From IMG/VR virus record IMGVR_UViG_3300020154_000003, positions 248,001-312,000 of that record: a DNA stretch of 64,000 nucleotides; one strand, given 5' to 3'. Below the pieces are notes generated by a model, which was given only the letters and a program-made list of their open reading frames with translations, searched no databases and was not told the DNA's origin. The position numbers and the translations under genes were made by a program. This document shows, piece after piece, positions 54,710 to 64,000 of this stretch; positions within the stretch are counted from its first letter, which is position 1, and every line of letters begins with the position of its first letter.

Positions 54710-56155
54710 TTAAATAATATTATGTGAGAACTCAGCAACCAATCCGTTATCTTTCGCATATAGGAATGCTATTGCTGATTTCATACTCATATATCCTTTT
54801 CTGTTATGCCAATCATCAGTTCCACTCAGCGATGGCAATATTCTTACCGTAAAACCTTGAAATTCTTGTACATCCAAATATTTGGTTGTTTTTCGAGAGT
54901 GGAAGTGACCCAAATGCATTTGTCTACATTTTGTTTTAGCCCACAGATCAGGTTTTTCAGTTGCCATGATCAATCCCAATTCTTGATGCTTCTCTTCATT
55001 ACCGTGAGTAAATCCGATCAGGTTAATACCGTAAACATGGTACTTTCTTTGTGTTGCATCATTATTGATTGTGACATTCGTAGACTTATGATAATAAGCT
55101 TGCAATACACATCCCAAATAGTACACTGTTTGATAATCATGGTTACCACTAACCATCATTACTTTTACAGGCGCAATTGCAGATAATTTATTGATGTTTT
55201 CAATCAACAAATCCTTTGCTTTCTGAAACATTTGTTGCCATCTTGAGTCAACTCTTTGATCAGTACCTGCAGTAGTCTTATTCAACATGTTATCGATGTT
55301 GAATAAATCATTACCTACTGGAAGTAGTATTTCTTCGATTTCATCTTTATAATGTGCAACGTGTGAAAGGAGTTTTTCAACAGATTCGTTGTATCGCTGA
55401 ATAGCAATTTTTGTGTCGTAGTTTTCACCGCTTTCATCTTCCCAAGCCAATTTACCAATATGAAGATCAGGGAGTGAAAGTTCCAACATATACTTCTTTC
55501 CTTGTGCAGAATGAGGTTTAGTCAGATATGAAAGGTCGGGAGCATTATCACGAATGTTAACCAAGAAATTTTCCCACACTCGTTGTTCTTCTTGGGTGCG
55601 AATTCTTGATAAGAATAATTTAACTTGGAAGTTCTGGAAAGTTGCGGGGTCAGTAGTTGTTTGAACTGGTTTACCGTTTTCATCGTACTCAGTCTTTTTC
55701 AACTTCATGGTAACATCCCATTTGTTGGCAATTTCTTTGTCGATTTTCCAAACATTAAGATCAATATCTGCTGCCTTAACTAATTGTTCAGCAGTCTTGA
55801 TAATCTCATTACCTCTATAATCAACTTCTATCGTATTATCGGTTTTTGTTTGATGTGTTTGTTCTTTTTCGATGATTGTTTCGCCACCAAGTAAACCGTC
55901 ATCACCACTCTCTTCAAGAATCTCTTTCTTGAGATCATCAAATTGATTTGATATAAATGAGTTGTATTTTTTTATGAATTTGTCGTATATTTCTTTTTCT
56001 TCAGGAGTTGTTGGAGTTGATCCTCTTAAAGTTCTAAGAAATCTTTCTGGTCTTTTATAGAATATACAAGCTTGGGTTAGTGTGGTGTCATTTAATGCTG
56101 CGTGATCTATGATTTTGATGCCTGCAAGTAATCTAATTATAAGCGTTTCTAACAT
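54710..56155 (-). CDS. calcineurin-like metallophosphoesterase with N-terminal extension (start moved to ATG 56155)
   Basis: LPDLHIGK, GNDLFN, GNHD, GFTHG, HLGHFH. Confidence 0.85.
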   Translation of the reverse strand: MLETLIIRLLAGIKIIDHAALNDTTLTQACIFYKRPERFLRTLRGSTPTTPEEKEIYDKFIKKYNSFISNQFDDLKKEILEESGDDGLLGGETIIEKEQTHQTKTDNTIEVDYRGNEIIKTAEQLVKAADIDLNVWKIDKEIANKWDVTMKLKKTEYDENGKPVQTTTDPATFQNFQVKLFLSRIRTQEEQRVWENFLVNIRDNAPDLSYLTKPHSAQGKKYMLELSLPDLHIGKLAWEDESGENYDTKIAIQRYNESVEKLLSHVAHYKDEIEEILLPVGNDLFNIDNMLNKTTAGTDQRVDSRWQQMFQKAKDLLIENINKLSAIAPVKVMMVSGNHDYQTVYYLGCVLQAYYHKSTNVTINNDATQRKYHVYGINLIGFTHGNEEKHQELGLIMATEKPDLWAKTKCRQMHLGHFHSRKTTKYLDVQEFQGFTVRILPSLSGTDDWHNRKGYMSMKSAIAFLYAKDNGLVAEFSHNII

Positions 56156-56227
56156 TCGTTTCTTTGTTGAATAAGATAATTTTCTCTCGTTCGTAAATAA
56201 AAATAGTATTTTATTACCAAACAAGCA

Positions 56228-56536
56228 TTATTTGAAATATGTATTATTTTCTTTTAAAAACTTAAATGTTTCCTCATACTTTTTACAAAGTTCAAGAAAT
56301 CCAATTTCCTCTTCCAATGAAAAAGAAAACCATTCGCCAGTTTTTTTGAACGGGCTATAATAATTCTTTAAAGTTGTTTCGAGAAGATGTGGGTTTTCGC
56401 TTTCAAAGACATGTATGATACTAATGTTCTCTGCATTGCCAGTCTGATGCTGCTTACGCCTCTTGTGAGGATTTTTGCTCACTCCTATCTTATAGCATCC
56501 ACTTTCATCGGATTGCATTAAATACACATATTTCAA
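56228..56536 (-). CDS. GIY-YIG family (T5orf172-like) protein
   Basis: YVYLM...YKIGVSKNPHKRRKQHQTGN...GEWF. Confidence 0.8.
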   Translation of the reverse strand: MKYVYLMQSDESGCYKIGVSKNPHKRRKQHQTGNAENISIIHVFESENPHLLETTLKNYYSPFKKTGEWFSFSLEEEIGFLELCKKYEETFKFLKENNTYFK

Positions 56537-56571
56537 ATTTTAGGTATGTTACAAAAGCAATAATAGTTAAA

Positions 56572-57186
56572 CTATTTAACAATTCCAAGCACCTTTAATC
56601 CTGAAAATCCTACCACATACGCATCAGACATATCATAGCTGGTCTCTTTCACCGCGCCACTCTTCTTATACATCCACTTAATTTGAGGCTCCATTTTCGA
56701 GACTTTATGCCATAGGTAAACCTTCTTATCCACGTCCTTCGGGAAGCTTAACGTTTCCTTAACTTTGCCCTTAACTTTCTTAACTTTAACTAATTCAGGA
56801 CAGAATAACTTTCTTGAATTATACACAGAAATCAGGTAAGGTGGTACTCCAAAAATTTCTTTAAGAATATAACAAGCAATCCCATTGAAAGCCAGTAATT
56901 TAGCTGTAGTTTCAATATTAACGGGAGTGTTCATCAAAGGTGCCTCCACAAAAATATTCTTTATGGTGCAGTTATATTCCTTTTCTACTCGCTCTCTAAA
57001 TAAGTGTACATATTGTTTAAATATGTCAGCCTTATCCAAATACCTAACTTCTTCAGGTACATTTTTATTCGTTTCCAACTTTAAATGCCTCAATTCCACG
57101 AGTTTACCCCGCTCATCCCATAATGCCATACCGACATTAGTTGTTGAGATGTCCAACGACCATGAATATTCTAACTCAGTACCCAT
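56572..57186 (-). CDS. RuvC-like Holliday junction resolvase
   Basis: LDISTTNVG, IFVEAP, DMSDAY. Confidence 0.8.
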   Translation of the reverse strand: MGTELEYSWSLDISTTNVGMALWDERGKLVELRHLKLETNKNVPEEVRYLDKADIFKQYVHLFRERVEKEYNCTIKNIFVEAPLMNTPVNIETTAKLLAFNGIACYILKEIFGVPPYLISVYNSRKLFCPELVKVKKVKGKVKETLSFPKDVDKKVYLWHKVSKMEPQIKWMYKKSGAVKETSYDMSDAYVVGFSGLKVLGIVK

Positions 57187-57192
57187 CCTTAA

Positions 57193-57396
57193 TTAATTAC
57201 CGTTTAGCTTATCAATTTGCTTCTGCAACTCTTTAGGGTCGCTTAGGTAAAGCTTAATTAAGTCTTCGATCACGCCACCAATTTTTCTTTTGCTGCCCAT
57301 ACAATACTTTTTCATTCTCGCATGGAGTGCGCCATCAATAATTACTGACTTAGATTTTTGATCGTCTTTCAGTGTGTTTTTTACTAATTCTTCCAT
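57193..57396 (-). CDS. small ribbon-helix-helix-like DNA-binding protein
   Basis: KSVIID.ALHARMKKYC......IGGVIEDLIKLYL. Confidence 0.65.
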   Translation of the reverse strand: MEELVKNTLKDDQKSKSVIIDGALHARMKKYCMGSKRKIGGVIEDLIKLYLSDPKELQKQIDKLNGN

Positions 57397-57479
57397 TTTT
57401 CATATTTATTACAATCAGATGATTTTATAATAAATACTAAAAATTTAGAAAAAAGAATAAAAATTTATAAGATTTTCTC

Positions 57480-58262
57480 TTAAAAATCCAAACTAAATTG
57501 GACTGTTCTAAATATTGTTGAATCCTTCGCAATAGGGTTGTTTAACTTACCCACAGCAACAAGATTATTATTATCGTCAAACACACCCACTTCACTGATT
57601 TGTACGGGGCTTGTGCTATCCCAAGTTGGGTTTGTTGTTGAATTATATTGATTCAAAGGCAATACAATTGAAATATCTGTTGTGTAAGCAATCGCTTGAA
57701 TTTCACTCCTAACATTACCAAAGAAGAAAGCTTCTTCTCCAAATGCTAATTTATTTGTATCGCCACTCAGGGCACTTGGATAATTTAAATAATCTAACGT
57801 ATAGGTCTCAGCATCATTGATCTCTTGAACGCCAATAGTTACTATGGTAGCAGAATTAAATGCAGCCTTAGGTATAGTTGTGCCTGAAAAAGATTCATAA
57901 CCATCTAATTGATTGGTCAAATCAAGAATTTTCCATCCATCCACATCAGGAGTGACCGTTGATCCAGTACCATCTACAATTTGAGCAACGCCAAAGAATT
58001 TAGTAGCTGACCAACCTTCACCCGTTTGTCCTGAAGCAATGTCTAAGGTATTTTTCATAAATGGGAAGAGAGACCCATCAGGAACAATAATGCTCAACGT
58101 CTTATTCACCAAAGAATTCGTTTCCAATTTCTCAATGTAATTACAATGAATACTAGGCGAATAACCATAAGATTTTCCTAATTCATATGCATTGGCAGTA
58201 CCGCCAGTAACTGAGTTATCTCCTAGTAAGTATGTAAAAAATATTGTTTTACCTAAACTCAT
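57480..58262 (-). CDS. putative virion structural (baseplate/tail) protein
   Basis: C-terminal VQISEVGVFDDNNNLVAVGKLNNPIAKD; S/T/G-rich; structural context. Confidence 0.65.
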   Translation of the reverse strand: MSLGKTIFFTYLLGDNSVTGGTANAYELGKSYGYSPSIHCNYIEKLETNSLVNKTLSIIVPDGSLFPFMKNTLDIASGQTGEGWSATKFFGVAQIVDGTGSTVTPDVDGWKILDLTNQLDGYESFSGTTIPKAAFNSATIVTIGVQEINDAETYTLDYLNYPSALSGDTNKLAFGEEAFFFGNVRSEIQAIAYTTDISIVLPLNQYNSTTNPTWDSTSPVQISEVGVFDDNNNLVAVGKLNNPIAKDSTIFRTVQFSLDF

Positions 58263-58264
58263 AA

Positions 58265-59851
58265 TTATGAATTATTTACAAATGTAACTGAACCATCAGT
58301 CAAGGTTATTTCTACCGTATCAGTTAACGTATTGTTAGGTGCTGGTACAAAATTATCAGTAACAACAATTGTGTATGTTCCAGTACCCAAATTACTGAAG
58401 ACATTTGATGCTTGACTAACGCCACCATTAATCGAATAAACTGGTTCAACAGCATTGCTAACGAATACAGTGATTTTACCATCGCTGACGCTAGATGATG
58501 TTGGATTGTTAATAACAAATGACATGTTAAACATATTGTTAACTGGCTCACAAGCAGATAAGTTGAAGCCAATCGTGGCTCTAGGTAGTGTCCAGTTTCT
58601 ATTCGATTTATATGTCATGGCGAATAACAATTCCTGATCTTCGATAACAAAAATCTTAAGATCATTGAAAACTTTCCCAACTACGTTTCCAAATCTGTCA
58701 ACCAGATCATGATACGTTGCAGTCAATCCGCTCAACACTTTTGGTGTGCTGTCACAACTCAACTTCAAACCAATAGTCCCACCAGTTTCATAATGCCACA
58801 TGATTGTTGGTAGTTCCAGCACCGGAGTATCTTCAAAAAGTCCTTCACCATAATGATTTGATGGAGATGCATTGGTGAAATGGATAATACCAATTTTTTT
58901 TATCTCCGGGGTTAAACGTTCTATGTAACGAACAAACCCACCAAAGCTTTTAGTATAATATTGTGAATAATTTCTATCTGTCGATGCAACACCTGCAACT
59001 TCCTCAGTAAAAACAATCGCCATATTCCAAACTGGAACATCTCTAACTGGACATATACAGTTCTCCAAAAATGCAATCACACTTTCTTCAATGAAATCAG
59101 TTACATATGGTGCGCTATAATATGTTTGAATTGAATCACCGCTAATTTCTCTATTGTTATTGTTTGGATACAAAAATGCTCCTGCAGCTATCGATCCTCC
59201 TTCACCATTGAAGTTAGGAAGTGGTTTATCAACAGTCACAACTAAATTATCTGTGCTCAAAGCACCTGAAATCTTGTTTTCTATTTTATACCAAATATAA
59301 GGTACAGCCTCACTCACTGTCGGACTGACAGTTCCACCGCTTATCAATGGATTTGACCATTTTACAAGTAAATAATCACCAATTACAGGTTCTGTAATAT
59401 TTGCCAAATAAGTTGGTGATTTTCTGATGGTTAACGTGGTTCCACCTGCTACTGTTGCAATGTTTATCTGCATGTCAGCCTGTTTCATTGTGAATGAATC
59501 GGTCAACAGCGTTGCGGATGTGCCAGTTATTGAGAAGAATCCACGTTCAGTAGCACTATTTGTTAAAATATTAGTGTTCGAAACAACGGTAGGTAGTGCA
59601 GTATATATTGTTTCCTCATCATCGCTATTCTGTAGAATATGCGAAATAAAAGTCGGATTATTGTCCTTTGGCCTGAGAATATTGGCCATAAACGCATCAA
59701 AACTGATGTCATTATTAAACCCATAGTCAATCTCACTATCACCAACAGCCCACTTAGTCATGGTCAATTTACCTTGTGAAAGTAATTGTCTACCAACATT
59801 CGTTAATTTAATGTTAATTACCGTAGGGTTATTTTTTAGTATGAAAGACAT
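58265..59851 (-). CDS. putative virion structural protein with C-terminal Ig-like/SprB-like repeat
   Basis: INIKLTNVGRQLLSQG...WAVGDSEIDY N-terminus; YSINGG...NVFSNLGTGTYTIVVTD C-terminus. Confidence 0.7.
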   Translation of the reverse strand: MSFILKNNPTVINIKLTNVGRQLLSQGKLTMTKWAVGDSEIDYGFNNDISFDAFMANILRPKDNNPTFISHILQNSDDEETIYTALPTVVSNTNILTNSATERGFFSITGTSATLLTDSFTMKQADMQINIATVAGGTTLTIRKSPTYLANITEPVIGDYLLVKWSNPLISGGTVSPTVSEAVPYIWYKIENKISGALSTDNLVVTVDKPLPNFNGEGGSIAAGAFLYPNNNNREISGDSIQTYYSAPYVTDFIEESVIAFLENCICPVRDVPVWNMAIVFTEEVAGVASTDRNYSQYYTKSFGGFVRYIERLTPEIKKIGIIHFTNASPSNHYGEGLFEDTPVLELPTIMWHYETGGTIGLKLSCDSTPKVLSGLTATYHDLVDRFGNVVGKVFNDLKIFVIEDQELLFAMTYKSNRNWTLPRATIGFNLSACEPVNNMFNMSFVINNPTSSSVSDGKITVFVSNAVEPVYSINGGVSQASNVFSNLGTGTYTIVVTDNFVPAPNNTLTDTVEITLTDGSVTFVNNS

Positions 59852-59870
59852 ATATTTTTTAAATAAATAC

Positions 59871-60812
59871 TTACTCCTTTAATTTTAACGCTGCGGCTGT
59901 TTCACATATTTCATTGACATAGAAGCTTGAGCAGTACATGTTACTTACATACGACAAATCTTCATCGAATGGCGATTTTGCAATGAAATCACCTTTATAA
60001 AACATATGTGATCTATCATTTTCGGTAACACCTGCATTATGATAGATATTATTACTTTCTAGTTCAGATACTGGCGAAGTTGCCCAACAAAACGACAATT
60101 CATCAATTATTTCCGTATCCAGACCCATCAACCAAATATTCCACAACAATGCCCACATATCAGCAGTCCACGATTGTATTGGTGATTGAACTGCGTTCTT
60201 CTCAGAGGTTACCAACATTGTTTTATATAAAATGTTACAATCTCGTTCCACTTTATTCCAGAAATCGTATGATAAATTAAAATTTGAAGTAAATAAGTAC
60301 TGAGCACCACCGGACATTTCTTGGTTGTTGATTACATGTGTTGGATTGATTCCCACTACTCGACACATTTTTTCTAATAACCCTAAACCCTTTTCTCTAA
60401 TATATGCTGCACCGATATACGACCTAGTATCGGACACGTATATTTTTCTTTTGTCAATATAATCTTTCAAGTTTGGTATTTTTGTAAATATTACATCGCA
60501 GTCCATATATAAAACTGCTTTATTTTGTAATATGTCTGCGTATTCTCCAGTATATAATTGTTTAATTATATGAGGTCTAAGACTAGGTAAATATAATCTT
60601 TGAGACAAGTCCCTCGTATCTGGGAGAAAAATTACTCTAGCATCAGTAGTTTCTTTAAACTCAATTGCTTTTTCATTTATCCCAATTTTAGGATTATAAC
60701 CAAATAGTATAATAGTTTTATCTTCAATTCCAAATTTTTTGAAATTGTGCATTTGAACTTGTAGTTGCCAAACGTAGTAATCTGTATCTGGTTGAGCAGT
60801 TAAAAACTTCAT
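59871..60812 (-). CDS. GT-A glycosyltransferase resembling HPAT/SGT1-type protein O-glycosyltransferases
   Basis: DxD (YMDCDVIF); N-terminal YYVWQLQVQMHNF; WTADMWALLWN; IYHNAG. Confidence 0.65.
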   Translation of the reverse strand: MKFLTAQPDTDYYVWQLQVQMHNFKKFGIEDKTIILFGYNPKIGINEKAIEFKETTDARVIFLPDTRDLSQRLYLPSLRPHIIKQLYTGEYADILQNKAVLYMDCDVIFTKIPNLKDYIDKRKIYVSDTRSYIGAAYIREKGLGLLEKMCRVVGINPTHVINNQEMSGGAQYLFTSNFNLSYDFWNKVERDCNILYKTMLVTSEKNAVQSPIQSWTADMWALLWNIWLMGLDTEIIDELSFCWATSPVSELESNNIYHNAGVTENDRSHMFYKGDFIAKSPFDEDLSYVSNMYCSSFYVNEICETAAALKLKE

Positions 60813-60826
60813 ATTCTATTGATTAA

Positions 60827-62239
60827 TTATACTGTAAGAGGCAGCTTAGAAGAAGACACACCAATACTTCCAGATAAAGTATCAAGTGATGCGTGATCCG
60901 AAATATTCCATGTAATTCCTCCATTATTAGAGTATAAATACGATTTATTTAGAACTGTAGCACCAACAAATATTAACATACCTATGTGAGAGTCATCAGG
61001 GCTTTCAATTTGTGAGAATGAACTTCCAGCGGTGCCTGCTCCCAATATATCTTCAATAGGTTGTGTTATTGTCCAAGTTGCCCCATTATCAGTAGACCTA
61101 CAAATATTTAATTTTGATGAACTTCCAATAGGTTTAGCTTGCAATACTAAAGTACCATCAGAAAGTACTACCAATCCAGTATAGTTCATACCTGCTGGCG
61201 ATGTAGCTAACGTAGTCCATGTCAATCCACCATCGGTAGTATTAATTAAAACATCTGAAGTAGAACTACCGCCATTTGTTCTAATCATCCAACCAAATCC
61301 ACTAGTATTTATTGAAAGTGAAGAGAAAGTCGATGATGGACTACCTAGACCAGTTGTCAAACTACCAGTAATATTTGTCCAAGTTACACCACCATTAACA
61401 GTTTTAATTAAACAAGACGTGAAAGGGCCGGGGTAATGATACAAACCATATCCTATAGAAGCATTTGCGAAATGCCATTCTTGAACAGCCATAAGAAGAC
61501 CCGGAAAAGTTACTACACTCCAACTATCCCCACCATTAGTTGATCGGTAGATATTATTACTCACCGTAGGGCCAGCCATCAATAAATTTTCTGTTACTGC
61601 GTATACGCTAATAATATTACTAACACCTGCAGGTTTATTAGTCCAAGTAGTACCACCATCAGTAGTTTTCATAAACCCATCATACGTACTATTAATAACG
61701 TAACCAGTTAAATTACGGAATGATCCCCGATATGCTGATGTAGTCATACCCGGAATTGTAATTTCGCTCCAATTAGCACCTCCATCAGCAGTTTTTAACA
61801 TTTTTCCTCCAATTGTAGGCGAACCAAATCCTAACCAGTAATAAACTGGTGGTGGTAAGGTTGTTGTGGTCGTAGTGGTTGTCGTTGTTGTGGTCGTAGT
61901 TGTAGTTGTGGTGGTTGTTGGTGGTAAAATAATTGGACATGCAGTATAATCAATACCAACCGATTGAGTTTTTAATGTAGCTATTTGACCACTAGTGATG
62001 TCTGTAACCAATTCTAAAAATTCATCTCTTCTTGCATAGTATTCAGCATCAGTCATTAAACTAACATCACTTTCATTTATTGCTGGATATATATTAGTAC
62101 TACCAGTAAACGCATTTTTCATATCAAATGAAAAATATGTTGCGCCAGTAGTCGTTACTCCATACCAATCAGTGACACCAGTGATAACACTTTTTATCAG
62201 TACCGACCTTCTATATTCACCGTTTTGTATTATACTCAT
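60827..62239 (-). CDS. Asp-box (BNR) beta-propeller protein with poly-Thr linker; putative virion appendage
   Basis: Repeated (K/R)(S/T)xDGGx(T/S)W motifs; PP-T20-LPPP linker. Confidence 0.8.
   Translation of the reverse strand: MSIIQNGEYRRSVLIKSVITGVTDWYGVTTTGATYFSFDMKNAFTGSTNIYPAINESDVSLMTDAEYYARRDEFLELVTDITSGQIATLKTQSVGIDYTACPIILPPTTTTTTTTTTTTTTTTTTTTLPPPVYYWLGFGSPTIGGKMLKTADGGANWSEITIPGMTTSAYRGSFRNLTGYVINSTYDGFMKTTDGGTTWTNKPAGVSNIISVYAVTENLLMAGPTVSNNIYRSTNGGDSWSVVTFPGLLMAVQEWHFANASIGYGLYHYPGPFTSCLIKTVNGGVTWTNITGSLTTGLGSPSSTFSSLSINTSGFGWMIRTNGGSSTSDVLINTTDGGLTWTTLATSPAGMNYTGLVVLSDGTLVLQAKPIGSSSKLNICRSTDNGATWTITQPIEDILGAGTAGSSFSQIESPDDSHIGMLIFVGATVLNKSYLYSNNGGITWNISDHASLDTLSGSIGVSSSKLPLTV
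61859..61918 (-). repeat. 20 consecutive Thr codons using all four ACN codons
   Basis: Codons read directly from the DNA. Confidence 0.9.
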
Positions 62240-62240
62240 A

Positions 62241-63998
62241 TTATGATGTTATTGGGGTTCTCTCCCCTGAAAAGTTAATAAATAATTGTCCTGTTGGTTG
62301 ATCGATAAATGTCCATGTCGTACCACCATCAGTAGTTCTAAAATATCCGTTATTGGACGTGCTCGGATCAATAATTAAATGACCAGATGCAACACCAATA
62401 TTTTCATCAATGAAATAAAGTGCTGAATATGCACGACCAAGAGTATTAACTGCAGTCCACGTAGTACCACCATCTGTTGATCTAAGTATTTTTGCATCGT
62501 TTCCAGTATAACTCATTATCACGAAAACAATATTATCATCAATAGCCCATACTTGATTAACACCAAATCCATCAGCAGGTAGATTAGCACTAATATCAGT
62601 CCACGTATCGCCACCATCAATTGATTTGTATAATACGTTATCTGTACTCGTGCTATGTGTAAAGTATGCAACATTATTAGATGGTGCGAACGAAAGAGCC
62701 TTAGGTTGGCCAACAGGAGTCGCCAATATTTTAGTCCATGTTGTACCACCATTTGTGGTTTTATAAACGCCTTGATAACCACTATTAAACCCGTGATACC
62801 CTATTGCGTAACCAATATTTAAATCTTTAAAGTGTATACCATTTACAGCCTGACTAACTGCCCCAATAACTAACTCAGATCGAGACCAAGTTACACCGCC
62901 ATCTGTTGATTTTAAAAATCCGTTAGCCCCAACAGCACATAACACATTACTATTTAATGCTAACACAGCCTTAATACCACCACCATTATATCCTGCAGAA
63001 TTTAATGCAGGTCTTCTACTAGTCCATGTAGCACCTCCATCATTTGTTGTAATTATGTGAGGGAATGTTGCGTTTGAAGTAGATATGGTTGCACCCATAA
63101 TACCAACTTGCCCAACAAAACTAACATGACTATATCCAACACTATCAATTGTGGTTTGTGTGTTGACTGAAGTGAAGTTAAGTCCACTATCAATTGATCT
63201 ATATGCTGATTCGTTAGTTGTGTACCCAAAATAATCTGCTGCCCAAAATGATGGTATAGAACCAGCAGGTATTGTTATGGCTTCATTAACTGAGAACGGT
63301 AAAGGAGCGTCAATTATAGCACCGCTATCTGATGCTGTTATGGTGTTAATGTTAAGTGTTAGTGAAGTAGATGCGTCATCACTACTATTAGGACTGTGTG
63401 CGCTCATAGTTATCTGAATTGTCAGAGAATCGCTGCTTAACATAGTGAAGGATGATGAATTGTTTTCAGTACCATCAGTCACTTCGTTCGAATATATCAC
63501 ACTGCCATTCTTTATAATTTCCACTAAATTGCTTGCATCACTATCACCTTCTACCGTTGCAATTTGCCCCAAATCAAACCCTAACGTAAATATTGTTCCG
63601 TTAGATAAACTTGGGGTTATAGCAATTTCATATTCTAAGAATATGTCTGCATTACGATTTCCAGTAGTTGCACCGGAAGAGTATACTCTTTCAATTTCAG
63701 TCATAAAGAATTCATATTCATTAATAACATATTCTTGTTGAACACAAATAATATCATCCCACGCAAATGAAAATGTAGTATCCTGTACTCTTCTAACAAA
63801 TTCACTACCGTCATTACCTAAATGGTTTAATGACTGGTCAAAACTAACTCCCCTTCTATATGGAAATTTTTGCTTAGTAAATGCTGTGTTTCTAACCAGT
63901 ACACCACCTTTCTTTAGAATTATTGTGGCACTTAATAATTGATCTATGAATCTATGGAAAAAGCTATTGAACTTATTGATAAATGGATAAACGTTAGT
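62241..63998 (-). CDS. 5'-truncated large structural protein with C-terminal Asp-box propeller (runs off the window)
   Basis: The frame of track ORF 62241-63704 stays open to the window edge (TNVYPFINKF...VRNTAFTKQKFPYRRG...FFMTEIERVY); about six SxDGGxTW repeats. Confidence 0.8.
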   Translation of the reverse strand, partial: TNVYPFINKFNSFFHRFIDQLLSATIILKKGGVLVRNTAFTKQKFPYRRGVSFDQSLNHLGNDGSEFVRRVQDTTFSFAWDDIICVQQEYVINEYEFFMTEIERVYSSGATTGNRNADIFLEYEIAITPSLSNGTIFTLGFDLGQIATVEGDSDASNLVEIIKNGSVIYSNEVTDGTENNSSSFTMLSSDSLTIQITMSAHSPNSSDDASTSLTLNINTITASDSGAIIDAPLPFSVNEAITIPAGSIPSFWAADYFGYTTNESAYRSIDSGLNFTSVNTQTTIDSVGYSHVSFVGQVGIMGATISTSNATFPHIITTNDGGATWTSRRPALNSAGYNGGGIKAVLALNSNVLCAVGANGFLKSTDGGVTWSRSELVIGAVSQAVNGIHFKDLNIGYAIGYHGFNSGYQGVYKTTNGGTTWTKILATPVGQPKALSFAPSNNVAYFTHSTSTDNVLYKSIDGGDTWTDISANLPADGFGVNQVWAIDDNIVFVIMSYTGNDAKILRSTDGGTTWTAVNTLGRAYSALYFIDENIGVASGHLIIDPSTSNNGYFRTTDGGTTWTFIDQPTGQLFINFSGERTPITS

Positions 63999-64000
63999 AA

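Noticed and set aside
56228-56536. GIY-YIG gene as a mobile homing endonuclease or intron ORF
   Set aside because: Only 102 aa, no DNA-binding extension, no interrupted host gene or intron structure around it.
62241-63704. Track start at 63704 as the true start of the last gene
   Set aside because: The frame stays open to the window edge, so the gene is 5'-truncated.
1-64000. Alternative genetic code (stop-codon reassignment as in some large Bacteroidota phages)
   Set aside because: Long genes are intact in the standard code, and TAA, TAG and TGA all end genes at tight junctions.
1-64000. Prophage, integrase, transposase or CRISPR array
   Set aside because: None recognisable; the content is uniformly phage-like with no host housekeeping block.

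Overview
This window reads as a 64-kb segment of a large, AT-rich lytic tailed-phage genome (jumbo/myovirus-like). The host is probably in the Bacteroidota; this is inferred from the absence of obvious Shine-Dalgarno motifs and from TAnnTTTG-type promoter elements. Genes are densely packed, use the standard code and lie mostly on the minus strand, with four plus-strand islands. Recognisable functions by motif: T4-like RNA ligase, rIIA/rIIB, DUF262, nucleotidyltransferase, 2H-phosphoesterase, Nudix, CYTH, AAA ATPase, two HAD proteins, MazG-like protein, fused SbcD-SbcC, two DEDD exonucleases, thioredoxin, 3D-domain protein, patatin, Hsp20, ECF sigma factor, primase, GIY-YIG, RuvC-like resolvase, and a structural/tail block at the right end whose last gene runs off the window. 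Most notable observations: (1) about 1.45 kb without a credible ORF (290-1725), rich in helices and lying just downstream of an aberrant tRNA-like element, a candidate giant ncRNA; (2) ten exact AAC-N16-CGTA ECF-type promoter motifs upstream of genes, in a window that also encodes an ECF sigma factor; (3) a glycosyltransferase resembling plant protein O-glycosyltransferases, next to Asp-box virion-like proteins, one carrying a 20-Thr linker; (4) a seemingly catalytically dead amidase and a stand-alone EXD2-like HNH protein. All product calls come from motif recognition by eye; no database search was run.
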